Shown: positions 26,991-39,674 of the stretch, piece by piece | Layout of the letters: every line of letters starts with the position of its first letter | Numbering within the stretch: the first letter of the stretch is position 1 | Assembly (NCBI GenBank): GCA_051362555.1 | Contig: CM120648.1 | Location: 12,396,587-12,460,586 of the forward strand | Direction of reading: 5' to 3' | Length of the DNA: 64,000 nucleotides | Source: Lingula anatina | Lineage: Eukaryota > Animalia > Brachiopoda | Translations under genes and position numbers: made by a program | The notes under the pieces: generated by a model | Told to the model about the DNA's origin: nothing | The model's database searches: none | The model's input: the letters and a program-made list of their open reading frames with translations, nothing else

Positions 26991-27072
26991 GTCATCCTGA
27001 TTGCATTGTTGGTGAGCTTGATCCTGAAGAAAACGGTGGCAATAAATGAGGGGAAGAAGGATATACCTCTGA
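26991..27072 (+). CDS. Polycystin-1-like exon
   Basis: attcag|GTC ATC...CTG A|gtaag; VILIALLVSLILKK continues directly from QPIK. Confidence 0.88.
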
Positions 27073-27352
27073 GTAAGAATATAGTTCATGTACTCAGTTA
27101 CAGTACCTGTGTCTTTGAATTAAGAAGTCTTCCATTTCAATTGTTGCAATCTAAGGAAAGTTTACTCTCTTAATTATTTTGAAATATTGATCACATATAG
27201 CTATTTTCCTGTGTAATTTAAACTAAGTAACTAATTTGTTGCTGAAAATAGAAATATTCATGTCAAATTTTAAATTTTTCTAGTTTTAAGTTAGACCTAG
27301 AGTGGAAAGGAGTGTGAAAGTAACTCCATTTAATTTTGTTTTACCCCCACAG

Positions 27353-27657
27353 CTGAAGATGAAAAATACCTAAAGGATGAGAACATAGCTCATTATCGAA
27401 AGAATCTTCAACAAAAGCGTGCTCAGCACGTGTACAAGCCTCTACCAGAGCCTGTGGTAGAACACATGCGCGGCATACGGATGAAAGAGAGGAGGATGTA
27501 TCAAATACTTGTAGAGCTGGCTCTCTACGTGACCTTCACCTTGGCCCTGGTATTTGTGACATATGGCCACCGAGACCCTATGGCATTCTATGTGACAAAG
27601 TCTACAGAAGATGTGTTTATCACAGTGGAGTATGCAGATGGTCCAGCCTTTGAAGAG
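27353..27657 (+). CDS. Polycystin-1-like exon, TM6 (S1)
   Basis: ccacag|CT GAA...GAG|gtgagt; YKPL...KERRMYQILVELALYVTF..LVFVTYGHRDP. Confidence 0.92.
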
Positions 27658-27931
27658 GTGAGTTAGACGGGGCTGGACGTTTTAAGGTACTGATAGAGAT
27701 TTTTAAATCATTCAGTTGTAAGGAACTGATAGGAATTCTTCAAGACCTCCAGTATTTGCATGATGGCAATTCTTGAAAAGCTTCAGTTTCATTGTACTGA
27801 TGGAGATTACACAGAGACAGATGGTAAAAGTTTGTTTGAGAGAATTTGATCATTACCGGTTCTGTAACAGTTGCAATCTGCTGTATAAACTATCACTTAC
27901 CTGTTACATGTATTTTCACCATTTTCCCCAG

Positions 27932-28100
27932 GTCAGTGATGTTGACTCTATGTGGGAGTACCTAGAGGAGACATTTGTACCTTCCCTGTTCACCTCTACC
28001 TGGTACAATGGTGACAGTGTCACAGAGAGTGACACCCTGACAGCTGACATGGTGTCACTCCATGTAGGGGCAGCCAGACTCAGACAGCTGAGAGTGAAAG
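27932..28100 (+). CDS. Polycystin-1-like exon, TOP/polycystin domain
   Basis: ccccag|GTC...AAA G|gttag; MWEYLEETFVPSLF..WYNG...VGAARLRQLRVK. Confidence 0.93.
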
Positions 28101-28138
28101 GTTAGATTTCCATAGTCTCTCTGTACTGTACAAAACTA

Positions 28139-30352
28139 GTTATTGTACCACCAGCGTAGGCGCTGGCGGTACACATGGTTTTATTCCCGACCCGCATGTT
28201 CCGCCGGCTCCTCTGGCTCCGCCGCCATCTCACCGTTACCGCTTCTCCTCCTAGACGGTAAGGGCCTCCATACTCATCTCTTGGATTTAGGTCACCTATA
28301 ATCTCAACTCGTTCCACGTAAAATTTGGGCTTTGTCAGAATTGGGGTCTAGGTGTGGCACTCATTGCAATGCACCCTTGTCCAAAAATGGCAAAATTAAA
28401 TGCTAATTATCTACCCTACGGAAGGAATTATGGGAAAAATTTCTACAGACGGCTATCCGAAAGTCATATGTGGAGATTTCAAATATGCCCTTGGATTTGA
28501 CCTTTGACCTTTATTTCAAGGTCAAACGAGCCAAAATTTTCAAATAAACGAAATTTTAAAGCAGAAATAAAAAATTATTTGCGCTGATATTCAGAAACTA
28601 CACAGACCTAACCTATAATATTATTGGAAGGTGCTACCCTTCGGGTCATCTTTCATCTCTGTGAATTTGGGGTCAACGGGTGCATTTTCCTGGGAGTAGC
28701 GGCCATAATATAACGAAACTGAAAACTGTCTCTAATTCGGGAACCGTTAATGCTAGAGACCCATTCTTTTTTGCATTTTGTAGAGCATGTAAAGCCCAAC
28801 ACTGGAGGTGGTCTCCGTTTTTTTGTATTTTCGAGTTATGCTGTATCAAAAAGTACATTGTGGTGGTGAAAGCAAAATGTGCAATACGGTAATGGATAAC
28901 AAATTTTGAACTCCGGGAAAATAAAACATAAGGCTTGGCGAGGCAGACAACTTCTGGTCAAAAATGACATTATTTCATGAAATTTGAACATCTGGAACTT
29001 CTGAGCACCTCCCATTTCAAGAATTTCAACCAAAATGACCTTATCTTTATTTTAATTTATTTTTTCTGTAGAAAATTTATGGCACATTATTGTAACTCCA
29101 AAACTGGAACATTTAGTCCCTTATATCTCCAAAACTGGCAGAGATAGGTCCATAGTTACTATTAAAGTTGAATAGGAAGTCACATACTGGCAATCAAACT
29201 GTGACCTTGAAATTGACCTTTGACCTACTTTTCGCTATGAACTGAACTTTGCAACGTTTAAGTCCCTTTTATCTCCAAAACTGGCAGAGATAGGTCCATA
29301 GTTACTATTGAACTTGAATAGGAAGTCATATACTGGCAATCTAAGTGTGACCTTGAAATTGACCTTTGACCTACTTTTCATCATGAATTGAACTTTCAAA
29401 TTTTGGTTCCCTTTTATCTCCAAAACTGGCAGAGATAGGTCCATAGTTACTATTGAAGTTGAATAGGAAGTCTTATACTGGTAATCTTACTGTGACCTTG
29501 AAATTGACCTTTGACCTACTTTACACCATAAACTGAACTTTGCAACTTTTTTAATGCTTATACTTTCAAAACTGGCAAAGATACGCCCATGGTTATTATT
29601 GAATTTGAATAGAAAGTCATTAGAGGCAATTTACTGTGACCTTTAAATTGACCTTTGACCTACTTTTCACCATTAACTGAACTTTGCAAATTTCCGTTCC
29701 CTTTTATCTCCGTAACTGGCAGAGATAGGTCTATAGTTACTATTGAAATTGAATAGGAAGTTTTATACTGGTAATTTTACTGTGACCTTGAAATTGACCT
29801 TTGACCTACTTTTTATGATGAACTGGTTTTTGCATTTTTTCTGGCCTTTAAATCTGCAAAATTGGCAAAGAAATGCCCATGGTTACTATTGAACTTGAAT
29901 AGAAATTCATATACAATGATATTGAAATTGACCTTGGACCTACTTTTTCATCATGAACTGAGCTTTGTATATTTTCTTGCCCCTCATATCTTCAAAGCTA
30001 GCAGAGATGTTCCCGGTGTTGCCCCTAGGTTTTCTCTTTTGTCAGCATATATGCACCACTGACAACACATTTCAAGGAAAACCAATAGGCCTTTTGTCTA
30101 GAGAATCACATGAGTGATCAATGGTAGGAAAATGCAGGTCAATTTGAAAATCTGCTTGATTGTACCATTTTTAGTTATATTTTTTTGCATATTTTGAGAA
30201 CTCTTGTTGATTTAATTTTATAGAGCTTGTCAAGCACAAGACTGGTGTCCCCTTTTTTTTTTGGAGGGGGGGGAGGGTTTCCATACGAATGCGCTTACTC
30301 CTGCTGGTGGTACAATATTTGGAGGCGGTATCGCCTCTCTGATCCTCTAGTT
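28139..30352 (+). mobile_element. Helentron-like (HINE) element of a different family
   Basis: Sub-TIR tattgtaccaccagc / gctggtggtacaata; 5' palindrome; 3' hairpin gaggcg-gtat-cgcctc followed by ctag-tt. Confidence 0.75.
29100..29960 (+). repeat. ~146 bp tandem array (about 6 copies) inside the HINE-like element
   Basis: aactggcagagataggtccatagttactatt...gtgaccttgaaattgacctttgacctac recurs at ~146 bp spacing. Confidence 0.9.
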
Positions 30353-31403
30353 ATATCTGTGAATTCAAAGTAAGGATCTCTCTGTCTCTATTTCTTCTGA
30401 CATACAGATAGTGCATGCTCACTCACATACACACACACAAACACACACAAGGTATGTTATGACATTGTGAGAGTAGTCGTATAATGCAGTGCACCAAATC
30501 CAGTATAGAGGTGCATTTCACATGCTGAAGTGTCCAAAAAATAAAATTAATGAATTCAAAGTTGTACTCAATTTTTTTATTCATATATGTGTATAGAATA
30601 AAATTCCACAACTGTCATTATGCAAAGAACCCTAAATGGTAACGTACATTCTGGAAGCGTATGGTAACGTATGTTCAGGGTCATTTAATATTAATTTTTA
30701 TAACGCATTCCAATATATTTTGTAGTGATTCAGTCATGGTAAATTATGCATGAAGTAAGGATGTTTTTATAAATGTTTAAACTATAATTCATGGGGCTTT
30801 GCTTCATGATTAACACTGGGTAACCTATGTACCCCAGAAAAATTATCAAAAATTTTCAGTTTGTTCGAGTACTTGGTGCAAGAGAAAACAGCTGACCGAA
30901 AAACATATTGTGATTCCATAACAGTTTGGCATTTCTGATATAAAATGTGATTCAAAGTGGAAAAATAATTTATTTATTGTTTATTTTACTATCTGTAGGG
31001 TGTATTTTCCCGGTTTTTGTTTTAATTAATTGCTCTATACAGAAGATGATAATAATTTTTTACAAAGTAATACTTACAGGAGATAAATCAAAGAACAAAA
31101 CCAGTGACGATTTAATTTTCAAAGTGGGTTAATTGTTTCACAGCCGGACACTTTGTATTTGTGACAGTAACGTACGTATGCTTCTTTTTGGGTATAGAAG
31201 ATGAATTATTATTCATGGTTCCAGGAGAGTGAAACTTTGATACAAACTTCTTTATGTGGGACCCTAAAGTAATCAAAAATAGTTCACAATCTGTGCACTA
31301 AATATTTTTAAAAGCATGCCTGTGACCTTTGTTGCACCTCTATATTGGGTTTGGGTGAGTAATGAGTTCATTGAGCTCCTGTATCATATCTCTTGTATTT
31401 CAG

Positions 31404-31610
31404 ATGTCTGTGATGTGCCCCCCACCTTCCAGTCCATGATCCACTCCTGTACAGTGAGATATGAATGGGGCACTGATGACAGCAGGGACTATAACACCTC
31501 ATGGACACCCCTGGTCAACAGAACTGACCACCCCACTGACCAGTGGACATACCAGTCTGCTTTCAAGCTGAGATCACTTCCATTTGCTGGAAAACATGGC
31601 ACTTACAATG
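31404..31610 (+). CDS. Polycystin-1-like exon, TOP domain
   Basis: tttcag|AT GTC TGT...AAT G|gtaaa; C...C..Y...D..Y..SW...WTYQS...GKHGTY. Confidence 0.92.
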
Positions 31611-31658
31611 GTAAACTATTTCTCCCTGTGACTACAAGTAGTGCATAATGATGGTTAA

Positions 31659-31987
31659 AGTCATGATACTCTTCGTTTTGGCCAAAAATTGGATTTTCCT
31701 GGAGTAAACCGCAGTTTTCCCGTACTTACCAATGGTCAACGACCCCATTCCTGCATTCAAAGTTAGTTCAGGGTTTTTTTCCTAAACGTTTGGTTTTTGG
31801 TTAAAATCTCTTAAGCCTTGACGACCGTGAAGAAAGGCATCGAAAGCCCTATTGACAAGCACAGATTTTAGTTTTACTACAATAACAGCTATTTTAGTGG
31901 TAAAATACAATAGAATATATCTCCATGTGTTGTTTACAATGTATTTCTTGCGGAATTTTGAATCTCAAAGGAAGAGTTATTATTGCT
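31659..31987. mobile_element. TTAA-flanked MITE (Kolobok-like); shares its right part with ~18195-18369
   Basis: ttaa|agtcatgatactcttc ... gaagagttattattgct|ttaa. Confidence 0.6.
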
Positions 31988-32503
31988 TTAATTCAAACTG
32001 CTACGGCTACTCGTGGCTTGGTTTTTCTAGAATAGCGTAAATGTTTATTTTAAAGTAATTAATTTGAAAATGTTCTTTATTCATGCTTGCATTGCTTACT
32101 ATTACTTATCCTCTTCAAGACTTGTCAGCATCCTTTGCCCTCTCCCTCTATCTTTTGCTGCTATCCTTGCTTTATTTGCCTTAACTTAGATATTTACTAT
32201 ATAAATATAGGTTTGTGTTTTTATTGGGCTGTCTTTGTTGAATCCGTACTAGACTGAATTTGTTGACTAGAAAAATACCAATGAAATGAAAATATTGATT
32301 AGCATGTGAAAGCAGTTTATTGGAATAATCCAATACACAACCATGCATGTATCTTTTGAACTTGGAGGTTGCTTTTTTGGTTCAACTAAGAAAAAAAATT
32401 CTTTCTGTCCATACTGAAACAGTAATATGTTAGTTGGAGGGTGTGTGAAACTCCTTGGTGACACCAGAGAAAAAAACCTTTCTGTTACTATATGATATTT
32501 TAG

Positions 32504-32738
32504 GTGGAGGATATGTGAAACTCCTTGGTGACACCAGAAATAAAAGCCTGTCAGTTCTTACAGACCTACAGGAGTCCAAGTGGATAGACCAGAGGACACG
32601 TGCCGTGTTCCTGGAGTTTACCCTGTATAACCCCCAGGTTAACTTGTTCAGTGTGGCACAGTTACTATTTGAGTTCCACCCCACTGGGGCCATCTTCCCT
32701 TTCTATCAAATCTTTACATGTAAATTTTACCAATATGG
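32504..32738 (+). CDS. Polycystin-1-like exon, TOP domain
   Basis: ttttag|GT GGA GGA TAT...TAT GG|gtaagt; GGGY...WIDQRTRAVFLEFTLYNPQVNLF, a hallmark polycystin motif. Confidence 0.95.
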
Positions 32739-33190
32739 GTAAGTTAGCAGGCTATATTTCTTTTTTTTTAGTCTTCAGCAATGAACTATAATACTCATAA
32801 AGAACCAGTGTTGAAGATAAAGTGGAGGCTTAAGTGCTTATTTTTAGAATTTTTGGATTAACCAATAATAATAATAATAATAATATATTGAGCACAGTAA
32901 TGTTTTCACATTTAAAGGCTTTCTATCAGTATTAGTATAAAATGAAAAAAAAATAAATATAGTGTTATAAAATATACTTTATAAAACAATGCAAGTAAAG
33001 AGATACAGTTAAAATGAAATTTTATTTAGAGCAAATTTATAACAACAGCCCTGAAGTCAGTAGGTATACATTTGTTGCCAGAAAGGTGGTGATTTGATAA
33101 ACCTTCATCATTAACTGTGAGTTTCTTTCTGTGAGTTTGATCAGGTATCAAGCTCTTTATTATTTATTTTTAATTTTATTTTCATTTCAG

Positions 33191-34040
33191 GAATGGGTTG
33201 GAAATCTTTGTCGCAGTTTGTGAAGTTATGTTCATCCTGTTTATACTGACCTCCACATACCGAGAGTTCAGCAAATTCAGAAACACTGGTTCTAAGGAAT
33301 ACTTCTCAGATCCCTGGAGTTACATAGAGGTGGCAATTGTCTGCCTGGGATACTCAGCTATTGGTCTGTTTTTTCAACGTTTAGTCATAGTGAACTTCAC
33401 CATTGCCAATTTCCATGAACATGGCAGAGAGGAATTTGTGAACTTTTTTCCAGCAGCATTCTGGGACTACATCCTGGGCTACACCTTGGCAGCCATGCTG
33501 GTGCTGACAGTGCTTAAGTTTTTCAAGCTGCTACGGTTTAATGTCCGCATGAACATGTTGTCTGCCACTTTGAAGAAATCTTGGAAGCCTACACTACATT
33601 TCTATCTAGTTCTAGCTTTCCTCATGATGGCCTATGCCTTCTTTGGGCAATGTGCTTTTGGTCACTACATTGAAAAATTCAAGTCCTTAATAGACACGTT
33701 ACAGACTTTGTTCACTCTGATCATGGGAGGATTTGAGTTTGCAATTTTGGGAGACTCAAACCGTGTCATTGGTATTGTGTTTCTGATAACCTTTGCCATG
33801 ATAATCCAGGTGTCGCTGATCAATATGTTCATTGCCATTATCGACGAGTCATTCAGATATGTTCTGAAGGCCACCAAGGAGACGTCCAATGAGCTGGAGA
33901 TGGTGGACTTTATGTGGACGAGATTACTGGTGATTCTTGGTCTCCACACAGGGGCAGGGGTCACCATTCCTTCCAGTATTGATTTGGAGACACTGCAACA
34001 AGAGGCTCAGGGTGAAGTTGGTTCAAATACAAACAGCTGA
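33191..34040 (+). CDS. Polycystin-1-like exon, channel-like domain S2-S6; probably the last coding exon
   Basis: tttcag|G AAT GGG TTG; five hydrophobic segments, KLLRFN, pore-helix region TLFTLIMGGFEF, INMFIAIIDESF; stop at 34038-34040. A donor at 34012 is an alternative end. Confidence 0.9.
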
Positions 34041-34230
34041 CCTTTTAAAGGATTGTTTTTTTTACGTTTTTTTTCCTGACATATTGATGCTGCAGGAATA
34101 TAGTTACAAGAACTGATTTTTAACTTATTCCACAAACAACTGTTTTTTTTTTTTGTTTTTTTTTTTTTTTTTGGCCACCACAAGAAGCTAACTTTTTGAA
34201 TTTTCTGAACAAATTGATGTTCTAGAAATA

Positions 34231-34391
34231 TGTTTAATAAATTTTGTTGGAATAATTCAATAATTGACAATATTTCATATTCATATTGAGTATATGATCA
34301 GAGTTCTGTGTATAGTTGACTTATTATTGTCACTTGTTGAAAGCAGGAAATTGTATACCTTAAGTGGACCAGACTGTTTGTGGTCTCCACA
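34231..34391 (+). pseudogene. Decayed duplicate of the 3' part of the last polycystin exon (copy of ~33780-33948)
   Basis: By-eye alignment: ataattca/ataatcca, tgacaatatttcat/tgatcaatatgttcat, EIVYLKWTRLFV vs EMVDFMWTRLLV, shared gtctccaca. Confidence 0.7.
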
Positions 34392-34774
34392 TGGATGTAT
34401 ATTTGTGTTTACTAGAAGCAGACTTAATTATAGTAAATGATTTAGTAAGTATTATTTATTTTCAACATCCACTCAAATCACAGTTTGCATGATCAAAAAA
34501 GAAAAAAAAAGAAAATTAAAATAATAATTAATAAATAATAATAAATAATTAACTTATTGGGTTAAAAAAAAAACTCAGTTCAGATCTGTTAAGACAGAAC
34601 TACTTTAGAAAGATATTGGTTTGACTTGGGTAATCACATAACCTTGGAGATCCAGGTGTTACATGGTACCAGTTAAACCAGTTTCTGGTGTGAACATGTT
34701 TAGAAATAGAAGTACACCAGATCAAGAGAGAAAAATTGACACAATATTTGCACATTTTAAGGCACTTTATATTG

Positions 34775-34805
<31 letters not shown>

Positions 34806-35257
34806 GTTTTTATTACCCATTTTACAGAGGAATGCCATTGAACATAATTTTTACATTAAATCCTGAAATATTAATGAGACAATATGCAAATTTCTATGTC
34901 CTAGAGTATTGTACCTCCTCTTACAAATCTTAAGTATTTTATAAACAAGAAAGTCAGGTTAATGAAGTCTAGTATTTTTGAAATCAATAAATCATAGCAA
35001 TCAATAAATATCTATATAAAGGTATACAAAACAGATTTGTTCAAAGTGAGTGTGCAGGAAGGAAGAATGATGATTAAAACTAATATGAATTACGTATACT
35101 TTTCTTTCAGTATTTAAATCAGCAAAAACAAAAACATCACAGCACCTCTATAAAGTGGGTTTATATATAAACACATATTGACATGGACAAGACATAGGAC
35201 ACCTTTCACTCACTCATTCATTCATATAGTAACAAGTCATTAATATACATGTATTAA

Positions 35258-38200
35258 TTATATTTCCAAAGTTATGTGATTCAAATATAGCCCCCACTTT
35301 TTTTCAAATTTTTGAAGACAATTATTTCTCTGAGAAATTTGTTTTTCTACTTTGCAATAATATTGTATTTCAAATTTCAAACTATCCAGGCATGGCAGAT
35401 TCTTTCTCATTTTTTGTTTATAAATATGTAATCTTGCTAATGCAATAAACAGATTTAGCAGTTTATACTTTTTCCCAATTTTTCCAAAAATAATATCTAC
35501 TGGACTAAGATCTATATTGAATTGATGTAATTCACTTATCCATCCACAAAAAGATGTCCAGAAGGTATTAACATAATCACATGCTACAAAAAGATGGAGC
35601 AATGACTCTATCTCTACATTACAAAAGTCACATTTGTCCTCATTTACCAACCTAATTTTTTTTAGATAGCAATTTGTACTCAATATCCGATGAATAAGTC
35701 TATAATGGAACCATCTTAGCTTTACATCAATTGTGACAAAGAAAATAGATGAATAATATTTTTTCCATAGTTCGTTATCTGCCGTGAAATTAAGATCTCT
35801 TTCCCATTTATATTCACTTGACAATTTCGATTGAGTTGTCGATAAAAAAACATTGTAAAATTCTTTTGCTCCTTTCTTACTTTTATTCAGCCAGTAAAAT
35901 AATATTGGTTGAGAAGGCAGTTGTTGCAAAGAGTTTATGATAGAATTAATAGTCCATTCACTCAAAATAGCATTTCTTAAACCCATAAAAATTGTAAAGG
36001 CCGGTCTGAAGTTGTATTTAATACAGAATTCGTCATAGGATAGAAAGTTTCCATCTTCCTTTATCAAATCCTGAATGACCATTATCCTTTTCCTTATCCA
36101 CGTTTTATACAAAATAGGTTTATTTTCAATTCTAATCCTGAAATTCAACCATAAAGGGTTCTGAGAACATACATTTAAATCATCATCGATAATTGTTTTA
36201 AATTCATACAATGCCATAAGAGCATCTTTCCAAAAATTATTATTATTATTATTTGCAAATTCTTTTAGATTCCAGTTTCCATACACTAAAAAAGTCTCAC
36301 AAAAGTTTGGCATCATTGACTTTAAAACTAATTTTTTCCAAGAGGAGTCACCTTCCAACAATCTTCTAAACCATGTAATTTTCATAGATTTTAGTAAGAA
36401 AGATAAATGTGGCATTTTCAGTCCCCCATGACAATAATCTTGCACAATCGTATTCCTTGATACCCTGTCATTTTTATTGTTCCAAATGAATTTGAAAAAT
36501 AGCTTTTCTAAGGATTTAATAATTTCAGCTGATGGATTGGGCAAACTTAGAAAATAATGGATGAGTTTGGGGATTAATATTGTTTTAACTACTGTAATTC
36601 TCCCTATCACTGTAAGCATGCGCTTAGACCAATATGAAATGAGTTTCTTTATTTCTTCGATTTTGCCCTTATAATTTAAAGTAATCATATCTTTTAAGTT
36701 GAGACTAAAGACAACTCCAACAACAGTGAAAGGTTCTGAAGTCCAGGATATATTATATTCTGGACACAGTTTTTCTGAATTGTTTATTTTACTTCCAATC
36801 CAAATACACTGTGTCTTCTCAATATTTGGCATAAGGCCAGAAAACTTTGAGTACTGCTGTATAATATTTAAACATGACTTTAGCGAATTTTCATTGCCAT
36901 CCAATAATATAACCGTATCATCAGCATATTGCATAATTTTGTATGATTCATCCCCTAGATCAATACCTTTTATATCCGCCTGATTCCGAATCATTATACC
37001 CATGATTTCAGCACACAACAAAAACAAGTACGGTGAGATTGGGTCACCCTGGCGGCAGCCACGTCCTATGTTAAAAAATTTACTAAATATTCCATTTTGA
37101 ATAACACAAAGTTCAAATCCATTAAAAATCAGCTCTATCCACTTTTTGTATTTTGGCCCAAAATTAAAGAAGTCTAGTGTTTTAAAAAGAAATTTCCATG
37201 AAACAGAATCGAATGCCTTTTGAAAATCAACCAATAAAACCATCCCTGGGATATTATTTTCTTCTGTAAACTGCAAAATATCATAAAGTAGTCTAGTATT
37301 CTCACCAATATATCTTCCTGAAATAAATTTGGTTTTCGTGTATCAAATCATCTAAGACTGTTTTGATTTTATTTGCTAAGACTCCTGCCAGTATTTTATA
37401 TGTTATATTAAGCAGGGAAATTGGTCGCCAGTTCCTGAGGTATTCCCTGGGCTTATCCCCTTTGGGTAGTATAGATATTATCCCTTGTTTTTGTGATATT
37501 GACAGATGACCTATATCAAAGCTATGCAAATAAGACCTGTATAGAAAAAATCTAATGTCATTCCAGAAGAACTTAAAAAATTCAGCTGTAAACCCATCAG
37601 GGCCTGGTGACTTATCATTACTCATTTTATGGAGAGATTTATGTATATCATCTAGTGTTATATCTTCATCTAAAGCTTGCCTTTGGTTATCCCTTAATGT
37701 TGGAATATTTAAATCTTGAAACATTTCATACAAGTTAACATCGTCTAGATTATCATCCTGTGATCGATATAAATCTTTGTAGAAAGTTTCGATTTCTCCT
37801 AATATTAATTTCTGATCATTTATTTCCTGTCCATCTGTGTTTATCAATTTACGTATGTTTTTATTTATATAATTTCTCTTTTCTAAACTACAGAAATATT
37901 TTGTTGCCTTTTCTCCATCTTCAATCCATTTTGATCTACTACGTAATAAAAGTCCTTTCAGTTCATTTTTTCTTATTTCTTCCAGTTGTAATTGTAAATC
38001 ACTCTTCACTTCCATCAACGTTTCACTATGATCGAAATCTGTTAACTCTTGTATGATTTTTATTTGATTTTCTATAGATTTTTTAATTTTCGATGATTCT
38101 CTTTTCTTTTTAGAACAGTAGGAAATAGTCATACCTCTAATGTTCATTAATAACATTTCTAAAAACATTGCATCATCACAAGAAAAACATAATTCCATCT

Positions 38201-39083
38201 CCGAGATGCTATTAATGGCATCCAAATTATATGGTAGAAGGGCATAATCCTTTTTTTTTCCTCTATTACTTGTTTTACCTTTTTGACATATTCCAAATCT
38301 TTCAAGACCGAGTTATTAAACCTCCAAAAGCCTGCTCCTTTTGTCTGTTCATTTATTTGCACCTCTAATGAAATATAAGCATGATCTGTTCTATATCCAG
38401 GATTTATCTCTGCCTTTTGTACCAAGTTCATGATCTCTCTAGTTATAAGAAAATAGTCTAATCTTGCTTTTTTGGTAGGATTTCTCCTAAACCATGTATA
38501 TCGTTTAGTATTATGATTTTTTATTCTCCATGGATCAACTAGGTTATGTTTACTTTTCAAATCATGCATAGCTTCTCTGGCCCTGGGATTATTTACATTA
38601 TCTGAATAGTTAAATGTGTCTAAGTTAACATCTTGAGTCATATTCCAATCTCCGCATATTATATTAAAATCCGTGTCATAATTCTCTAAATCTGATGCAA
38701 GCTTAGAGAAGAAATTTGGAGAGTCACTATTTGGTCCGTAAATATTTACAAGATTCACCTCAAAATTTTTTTCAATATTCATTCTTAACGAAATAAAATT
38801 ACCGATATTATCAGTTTGCACACTTTGTACTTTATATTCTATTTTGTTGTTTAAAAGAACTGCGACACCTCTCGAGTCAGTCCTACCAGGACTTATAAAA
38901 CATTCATACATGACATGACATAACATGACTTCTTACATATGCATAATCTTTCTCTGAGAAATGTGTGTCTTGAAGGCAATAAATATCAAATTGTTTTTCT
39001 CTCAAGAATTTGAACACGTCTTTCCTCTTTTTAACATCCTGGAGGCCTCTACAGTTCATTGACATTATTTTAAGATTATCCAT
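35258..39083 (-). pseudogene. LINE ORF2 (APE endonuclease, RT, CCHC finger), frameshifted
   Basis: SMNCRGL, CLQDTH, GDWN, RLDYFL, TDH; PGPDG, WRPISLLN, DFQKAFD, RQGDPISP, QYADD; CDFC...HLFVAC; breaks near 38920, 38255 and 37320. Confidence 0.93.
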
Positions 39084-39674
39084 TATCCATTTTGATAAAC
39101 AAACATAATATAAATTGCAACATGGATATACATGCATTCACATCTGATGTACTTGTACTATTCCATTTATACAACTCACTTAAAACATGCACTCCCACAC
39201 ATACCCACGCACACCACGAATATGTAAACCACATAAGTGAAATTATTTAACCGATAGACGTTCAAATATGCAGTATGTTCACATTATTCATAACAGAATA
39301 TATTAATCTACACAGATCCTACATGACAGTGAATAATACAAATGAAATACTTTTTTCCGTAAAATCAATGCCATTTTTTTAGCCGCTTGTAACATTAGAG
39401 AAATCTTTTTTTGTAAAATAATAACACAGCTTGACTCACCTCATCTCAGTAGTGTGAATGATGAGCTAAACTGTACATACCACTGAACATTTTCTCCCTA
39501 GTCGAAGAATCTTAGTAAAGAAGACTGAATATATACCTTAAAACATTAATAATAGAAATAAGTAAGACAGATGGTAATAATTCTTAACATATATCTATAT
39601 GCAGTCACATTCATGCTAATTTTGCTAAGCAGTTTGCTTATGAGTTATTGTTCATATTATTTTTAATTGGTCCT

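Noticed and set aside
27660-27810. Degenerate short repeats after a donor as a donor-side echo
   Set aside because: Only about half of the positions match the exon end, which is not distinguishable from chance.
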